Shown here: piece by piece, positions 58,561-64,000 of the stretch
How the letters are laid out: every line of letters starts with the position of its first letter
Position numbering within the stretch: position 1 is the first letter of the stretch
Assembly: GCA_037447435.1 (NCBI GenBank)
Contig: JBBIGR010000010.1
Span: forward strand, 1 to 64,000
DNA: 64,000 nt
Direction: 5' to 3'
Source: Fibrobacteria bacterium
GTDB lineage: Bacteria > Fibrobacterota > Chitinivibrionia > Chitinivibrionales > FEN-1185
The notes under the pieces: generated by a model
The model's input: only the letters and a program-made list of their open reading frames with translations
What the model was told of the DNA's origin: nothing
Databases searched by the model: none
Program-made: the position numbers and the translations under genes

Positions 58561-59898
58561 TTAAGCCTTCTTGTCTATAATTTGCCGAATTGTCTGGTAA
58601 CCGTAATGCATAAAAAGATGGTCGAGCAATATCATTGCCGTATAATTTTCCGCAACCGGCCAAACGCGAGCGACAATAGTAGGGTCGCGACGGGTTATAG
58701 CGGCAAGTTCGGTTGTTGCCAATGTGTATTTGTCTATTGTCGTCTGCCTTTTTGCTATTGTCGGCGTTGGCTTGACCGCCAAACGAACGACCAGCGGCGT
58801 TCCCGTTGCCAATCCGCCGGTGACTCCGCCGGCTTGGTTCGTATCGAAAAGCACCTTGTTGTTTTCCGAATGCATTTGGTCGTTGCTCTGGATGCCGGTC
58901 ATGTCTTTCACCGCCATACCGGCCCCGATTTCAACTGCTTTGACAGCACCTATTCCGAGCATTTTGCCCAGGTCGGCATCGAGTTTGTCGAAAACGGGTT
59001 CGCCCAGTCCTACGGGTAAACCAACGGCAACGACTTCAACGATGCCTCCGCTCGAATCGCCGCTGTCGGTGATCTTGTTGATCGCCTTGACCATTTCGAC
59101 TGCAGCGGAGATATCGGGACAATTAATAATATGATGGACATCGTATTTTTCCAAAATTTCTTTTGCCGTTACTTTTGGGGACTTGTCCCTGATTGAATCA
59201 ATTTCATTTTCGATTTCTGCAAATATCGCAGCCTTTTCAAGGAAACGCATATCGGGCGTAATGCGATGTTTCGCATAGATTTCCTGGTAAAAAGGATCCG
59301 TGTCGCATCGCATTTTCTTATATGAATTTGTCCGACGTTCAATGGTCGAAAGGTCCAATTCCCCGCATCGGATACCGGCGGCTTCTTTGACGTAAGCAAA
59401 TACTTTTATGCCGCACTTCGCCAGGATTTTTTTTGCCACATATCCGGCTGCGACTATTGTTGCCGTATATCGACCGGAAAAAATTCCCGCGCCGATAGCA
59501 TCGTCGTCCGGTCCATATTTAATGAACGAGGCATACGACGCGTGTCCGGGGCGAGGAGTCCGGTTGGTGTCTTGGTATTGTTTGATATGGATAAAATGCC
59601 GGTCCAAATTCGGAATCAAAATTGTCAGCGGCGTGCCGTTGGTATGGTTTTTGTTTCCGGCGCCTTCAATCGTGTCTGCCGCATTAACTCCGGTGTAAAT
59701 AAGCGGAAGGTCGGGTTCCTTGCGCGGGGAAGAAAGTTCGTCCGCACCGGGTTTTCTCAGCAACAAATCACCATAAATTTCCTCTTCGGTAAGAAGCAGT
59801 CCCGGCGGCACGCCTTGAACGACCGATGTCAGTCCTTCCTGATACGAACCCCCGGCTACCGTTGCCTGAAAAAAACGACCGAAATGACATCCGACCAT
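58561..59898 (-). CDS. aroC: Chorismate synthase, divergent form with an insertion
   Basis: SPRKEPD, PRPGHA, GDSSGG, GLGEPVFDKLDA, VKAVEIGAG, KPTPTI, RRDP. Confidence 0.85.
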   Translation of the reverse strand: MVGCHFGRFFQATVAGGSYQEGLTSVVQGVPPGLLLTEEEIYGDLLLRKPGADELSSPRKEPDLPLIYTGVNAADTIEGAGNKNHTNGTPLTILIPNLDRHFIHIKQYQDTNRTPRPGHASYASFIKYGPDDDAIGAGIFSGRYTATIVAAGYVAKKILAKCGIKVFAYVKEAAGIRCGELDLSTIERRTNSYKKMRCDTDPFYQEIYAKHRITPDMRFLEKAAIFAEIENEIDSIRDKSPKVTAKEILEKYDVHHIINCPDISAAVEMVKAINKITDSGDSSGGIVEVVAVGLPVGLGEPVFDKLDADLGKMLGIGAVKAVEIGAGMAVKDMTGIQSNDQMHSENNKVLFDTNQAGGVTGGLATGTPLVVRLAVKPTPTIAKRQTTIDKYTLATTELAAITRRDPTIVARVWPVAENYTAMILLDHLFMHYGYQTIRQIIDKKA

Positions 59899-60087
59899 AG
59901 TATCTCCGTTCTTCTAATTAGTATGGTGATATTATTGAAGATATAAAATATATGAAGAAAGGTTTTTCTCAAAACAATCAAATGGTGAAATTTGCGATTT
60001 TTATTCTTTTTTGCATTCCTTGTTCAACATCAATCATTTTCTATGATCTTTTCCAAATTAATTCCTATAACATTATGGAGTTAGATC

Positions 60088-61698
60088 ATGACAGACGTTG
60101 TTTCAATAAAAAGAGCTTTGATTAGCGTTTCCGATAAAACAGGCTTGTTGCCTTTTGCCAAAATGCTTAATACAAAAGATATTGAGATACTTTCGACCGG
60201 CGGCACGGCAAGAATGTTGCATGATAATGATATTGCCGTTAAAACAGTGGATTCATATACGGGTTTTCCCGAAATAATGGATGGAAGGGTAAAAACGCTT
60301 CATCCTAAGGTACACGGTGGCCTTTTAGGCGTTCGGGACAACGCAGCACATATGGAACAAATGAAAGTAAACGGGATTTCGCCGATCGATCTTGTTATTG
60401 TAAATTTATATCCGTTCAAGGCGACAATTGAAAAACCGGATGTTTCCCTTGAAGAAGCAATAGAAAACATCGATATCGGTGGTCCGGCAATGCTTCGCAG
60501 CGCCGCAAAAAACCATGCCTATGTCACGGTTATCGTCGATCCTGCCGACTATGCGCTGATTTCAGAAGCTATTCAATCAAAAGGGTATGTTCCGCTCGAT
60601 ATGCGCCGGTATCTTGCTGCAAAGGCTTTTGCCCATACTGCGGATTACGATTCTACGATAGACGCCTATCTTTCGAGGATGTTTTTACATGAGGATGTTT
60701 TACGGCAAAGTTTTAGAAACGGCGTAGAACTCCGCTATGGCGAAAATCCGCATCAGGCCGCCACGTTCTATAAAGTAAAAGACTGTACCGAGCCCTGTAT
60801 GGCAACGGCATCTCAACTTCACGGCAAAGAGCTTTCTTATAATAATATCGTCGATGGCGATGCGGCGCTGGAGGCGGTAAAGGAATTATACGATGTACCG
60901 GCTGCCTCAATTATTAAGCATACCAATCCGTGCGGTTATGCAACGGGCGCCACTTTGGCCGATGCATTGACGCAGGCATGGTCGGGTGATACAATTTCCG
61001 CCTACGGCAGCGTTATTGCCGTTTCAAGAGTGATGGACCTTGCTGCTGCAAAAGTCCTTTCCGGCAGATTTGTCGAAGTGCTTATCGCACCCGATTTCAC
61101 CGAAGACGCCTTGAAATTTTTAAAGGAAAAAAGCTCGCAAATCAGGCTGCTCAAAGTAGGCGAATTGACGGGTGTCAAGCAGGAAAAAAAGAGCTTCAAA
61201 CATGTGGTCGGCGGCATGTTGTGTCAAGATAGGGATATACTTGAATTTGCGAAATGGGAAACCGTTACAAAAGCGCCGTTTCCTCAAAATAAAAATGCGC
61301 TTGCGCGTTTTGCTTGGAAAGCCAGTAAACACGTAAAATCGAATGCAATTATGCTTGCTCAGGAATATCAGGCGGGTATGTATCGTATTGTCGGAATGGG
61401 AGCTGGGCAACCGAACCGTGTCGATTCGCTGCGTAAACTCTGCGTGACAAAAGCACGGGAAAATTTTGCCGCGGAAAAAAATGTCGCAGCTTCCGATTTT
61501 GCGGGCGAATTTGCGGAATTGGTTCTGGCGTCCGATGCGTTTTTCCCGTTTGCGGATAATATTGAAGAGGCTCAAAGGATGAATATCAAATATATAGTTC
61601 AGCCGGGCGGTTCCAAGCATGACGGCGAAGTCATCGAAGCATGCGATAAATACGGAATAGCCATGGTATTTACCGGAACGCGCCATTTCAGACACTAA
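60088..61698 (+). CDS. purH: Bifunctional AICAR transformylase/IMP cyclohydrolase
   Basis: ALISVSDK, GRVKTLHP, RYGENPHQ, KHTNPCG, SDAFFPF, RHFRH. Confidence 0.98.
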   Translation: MTDVVSIKRALISVSDKTGLLPFAKMLNTKDIEILSTGGTARMLHDNDIAVKTVDSYTGFPEIMDGRVKTLHPKVHGGLLGVRDNAAHMEQMKVNGISPIDLVIVNLYPFKATIEKPDVSLEEAIENIDIGGPAMLRSAAKNHAYVTVIVDPADYALISEAIQSKGYVPLDMRRYLAAKAFAHTADYDSTIDAYLSRMFLHEDVLRQSFRNGVELRYGENPHQAATFYKVKDCTEPCMATASQLHGKELSYNNIVDGDAALEAVKELYDVPAASIIKHTNPCGYATGATLADALTQAWSGDTISAYGSVIAVSRVMDLAAAKVLSGRFVEVLIAPDFTEDALKFLKEKSSQIRLLKVGELTGVKQEKKSFKHVVGGMLCQDRDILEFAKWETVTKAPFPQNKNALARFAWKASKHVKSNAIMLAQEYQAGMYRIVGMGAGQPNRVDSLRKLCVTKARENFAAEKNVAASDFAGEFAELVLASDAFFPFADNIEEAQRMNIKYIVQPGGSKHDGEVIEACDKYGIAMVFTGTRHFRH

Positions 61699-61765
61699 AG
61701 CAATCCGCCGGCAAACCGGTGGGTAGAAAATTGATCTTTTTTTGATATAAAGGATTGTACTCATT

Positions 61766-64000
61766 ATGGCAAAAAACTTGGTAATCGTCGAGTCGCCTGC
61801 AAAATGCAAGACGATTTCAAAATATCTTGGCAAAAATTATTCGGTTATGGCTACGATGGGTCATATCATCGATTTGCCCGGTAAGGAATTCGCCGTAGAC
61901 CTGGAAAACGATTTCAAACCCAAATATACGGTTGCTAAAGGGAAAAACAGAATACTCAAATCCTTAAAGGATGAAGCACAGAAATCGGAAATAGTGTATC
62001 TCGCGCCCGACCCTGACCGAGAAGGGGAGGCTATCGCCTGGCATGTGGCCCAGTACATCGCCAAATCGAATACGAATATCAAACGAGTTCTTTTTAACGA
62101 AATTACTAAAAAAGCAGTTTTGAGCGCAATTGAAAACCCGCTCGAATTAGACATGAATAAGGTGTACGCCCAACAGGCGCGACGAATTCTCGACCGTATC
62201 GTCGGATACCAGGTTTCTCCGATTTTGTGGCGCACGGTTTTCCGCGGATTATCGGCCGGCCGCGTACAGTCCGTTGCGCTGCGTCTTATTTGCGAACGTG
62301 AAGATGAAATTAAAAAGTTTATAAAAGAAGAATATTGGACCATTCATACGCAGCACAATCACGGCGGCATGGATTTTTGGGCCAAACTGCTGTCTGTCGA
62401 CGGAAAAAAGACGCCGATACCCAACGCTACTGCGGCTAAAGCGGTCCTGGACCGGGTAAAAAACGCGACATTCGACGTCACCGATGTGTTGCGTAACGAG
62501 AAATCACGAAAACCCTATGCTCCGTTTATCACCAGCACCTTGCAGCAGGAAGCTGCTCGGAAATTGAATTTTTCCGCAACGAAGACGATGATCATTGCGC
62601 AACAATTGTATGAAGGTCTTGAGCTCGGCGATTTGGGCAGCATGGGACTTATTACCTATATGCGTACCGATTCTACGCGTATTGCCGATGAAGCCATCTC
62701 AAGTTCCCGCGCGCTCATCGAAGGGATGTTCGGGAAAAAATACTTGCCCGATGCGCCGAGGGTGTATGCGAAAAATAAAAATGCCCAGGATGCGCATGAA
62801 GCGATACGTCCCTCGCAGGTGTCCATCGATTTTTCGCCCGACAAAGTCAAAAATTACCTGAGCAAAGACCAGGTGCGGCTTTACGAATTGATATGGAAAC
62901 GGTTTTTGGCGTCTCAAATGACCAATGCGCTTTACGATTCGACGCGCATCGACATTTCTGCCAACGGTTGCATTTTCAGGGCAACCGGCTCGATCCAAAA
63001 ATTCGACGGTTTTCTGGCAATGTACGAGGAAACCGTTGAGGAGCCGGTGGAAAACGACGAAGACGAAAATGTACGCTTGCCCGAAATTTCCGAAGGAATA
63101 ACGCTGCCGCTTAAACAGATGCTCGACAAACAGCATTTCACGCAACCGCCGCCGCGCTATTCCGAAGCAACGCTTGTTCGTGAGCTCGAAGACAAAGGCA
63201 TCGGCCGTCCAAGTACCTATGCTCAAATCATCGACACGCTCAAACGACGCAAATATGTCACGGTCGACAATAAAAAATTCACTCCCACCGAAGTGGGCTT
63301 CATGGTGAAAGACATACTGGTCAAACAATTCTCCAATGTTTTCGATGTCGGGTTTACCGCGAGCATGGAAGATTCCCTTGACAAAGTCGAGCTTGGCGAA
63401 GCTGAATGGGTTACGGTCTTACGGGAGTTTTACACCCCCTTTGCCGAAATGCTTGCCGGCGTTAAAAACAATATCAAAGACCTTAAGGCGGCAAATCAGC
63501 AAATTACCGACCGCATGTGTCCCGAATGCAACAAGTTTCCGCTTGTTGTCAAGTGGAGCAAAAACGGGAAGTTCCTTGCTTGTCAAGGTTTTCCCGGCTG
63601 CCGTTATACCGAGCCGCTGGAAAAAGTGGCACCGGTGACCTCTACCGAAATGTGCGATAAATGCGGCGCGCCGATGGTCGTATTATCCATCAATGGTAAC
63701 CGGTTCTTAGGGTGTTCGCGATATCCCGATTGCAAAAACACCAAATCCATTTCCACGGGCGTTTCTTGCCCCCGGGAAGGGTGTACGGGGCAGCTTATCG
63801 AACGGAAGACAAAGCGGGGCAGAATGTTTTACGGTTGTAATTCATACCCGAAATGCACGTATGCGACATGGGACAGACCGGTTGCGCAAAAATGCGAAAA
63901 ATGCGGGTTCCCCATTTTGGTCTATAAGGAGACAAAAAAACGCGGCACATACCATAAGTGTCCAAATTGTAAAGAAGAATATCAGATCGAAGCGGCAAAG
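61766..64000 (+). CDS. topA: DNA topoisomerase I (3' end beyond the window)
   Basis: Manual translation MAKNLVIVESPAK, DPDREGE, SAGRVQ, ITYMRTD, AHEAIRP, GIGRPSTYA, C-terminal Zn ribbons. Absent from the ORF track because no stop lies in the window. Confidence 0.97.
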   Translation, partial: MAKNLVIVESPAKCKTISKYLGKNYSVMATMGHIIDLPGKEFAVDLENDFKPKYTVAKGKNRILKSLKDEAQKSEIVYLAPDPDREGEAIAWHVAQYIAKSNTNIKRVLFNEITKKAVLSAIENPLELDMNKVYAQQARRILDRIVGYQVSPILWRTVFRGLSAGRVQSVALRLICEREDEIKKFIKEEYWTIHTQHNHGGMDFWAKLLSVDGKKTPIPNATAAKAVLDRVKNATFDVTDVLRNEKSRKPYAPFITSTLQQEAARKLNFSATKTMIIAQQLYEGLELGDLGSMGLITYMRTDSTRIADEAISSSRALIEGMFGKKYLPDAPRVYAKNKNAQDAHEAIRPSQVSIDFSPDKVKNYLSKDQVRLYELIWKRFLASQMTNALYDSTRIDISANGCIFRATGSIQKFDGFLAMYEETVEEPVENDEDENVRLPEISEGITLPLKQMLDKQHFTQPPPRYSEATLVRELEDKGIGRPSTYAQIIDTLKRRKYVTVDNKKFTPTEVGFMVKDILVKQFSNVFDVGFTASMEDSLDKVELGEAEWVTVLREFYTPFAEMLAGVKNNIKDLKAANQQITDRMCPECNKFPLVVKWSKNGKFLACQGFPGCRYTEPLEKVAPVTSTEMCDKCGAPMVVLSINGNRFLGCSRYPDCKNTKSISTGVSCPREGCTGQLIERKTKRGRMFYGCNSYPKCTYATWDRPVAQKCEKCGFPILVYKETKKRGTYHKCPNCKEEYQIEAAK

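Overview
64 kb of bacterial chromosome, most likely from an anaerobic member of the Fibrobacterota (Chitinivibrionia/Chitinispirillales-like). This placement is inferred from a TIGR02147-like gene and a secreted protein with a T9SS-like C-terminal domain. The window opens with a long integron integrase and no visible cassettes. It then carries many signalling genes (CheB-CheR fusion, PAS kinases, LytS/LytTR, two PP2C phosphatases, PilZ, Cache plus MCP) and a carA-carB-pyrG-purF nucleotide operon. Further on are a ubiA-like/cydAB/rubredoxin-membrane protein cluster, typA, and an SGNH/SxtJ/DUF5989/carbamoyltransferase module whose carbamoyltransferase has an in-frame stop. The right half holds a carbonic anhydrase/hdrA/mvhDGA/tusA hydrogenase operon, PhoH2, an M16 peptidase pair, a divergent aroC, purH and a topA that runs off the window. 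The most notable observations are: tandem NrdR-like boxes plus an attenuator-like leader in front of carAB-pyrG-purF; a tandem-HNH protein carrying in-frame REP-like palindromes; an AroC lacking the GESHG histidine; a rubredoxin-DUF2231 gene coupled to cydB; and an HdrA-Mvh operon with TusA but no HdrBC. No rRNA, tRNA or CRISPR array was seen. All family calls come from motif recognition by eye, without database searches.
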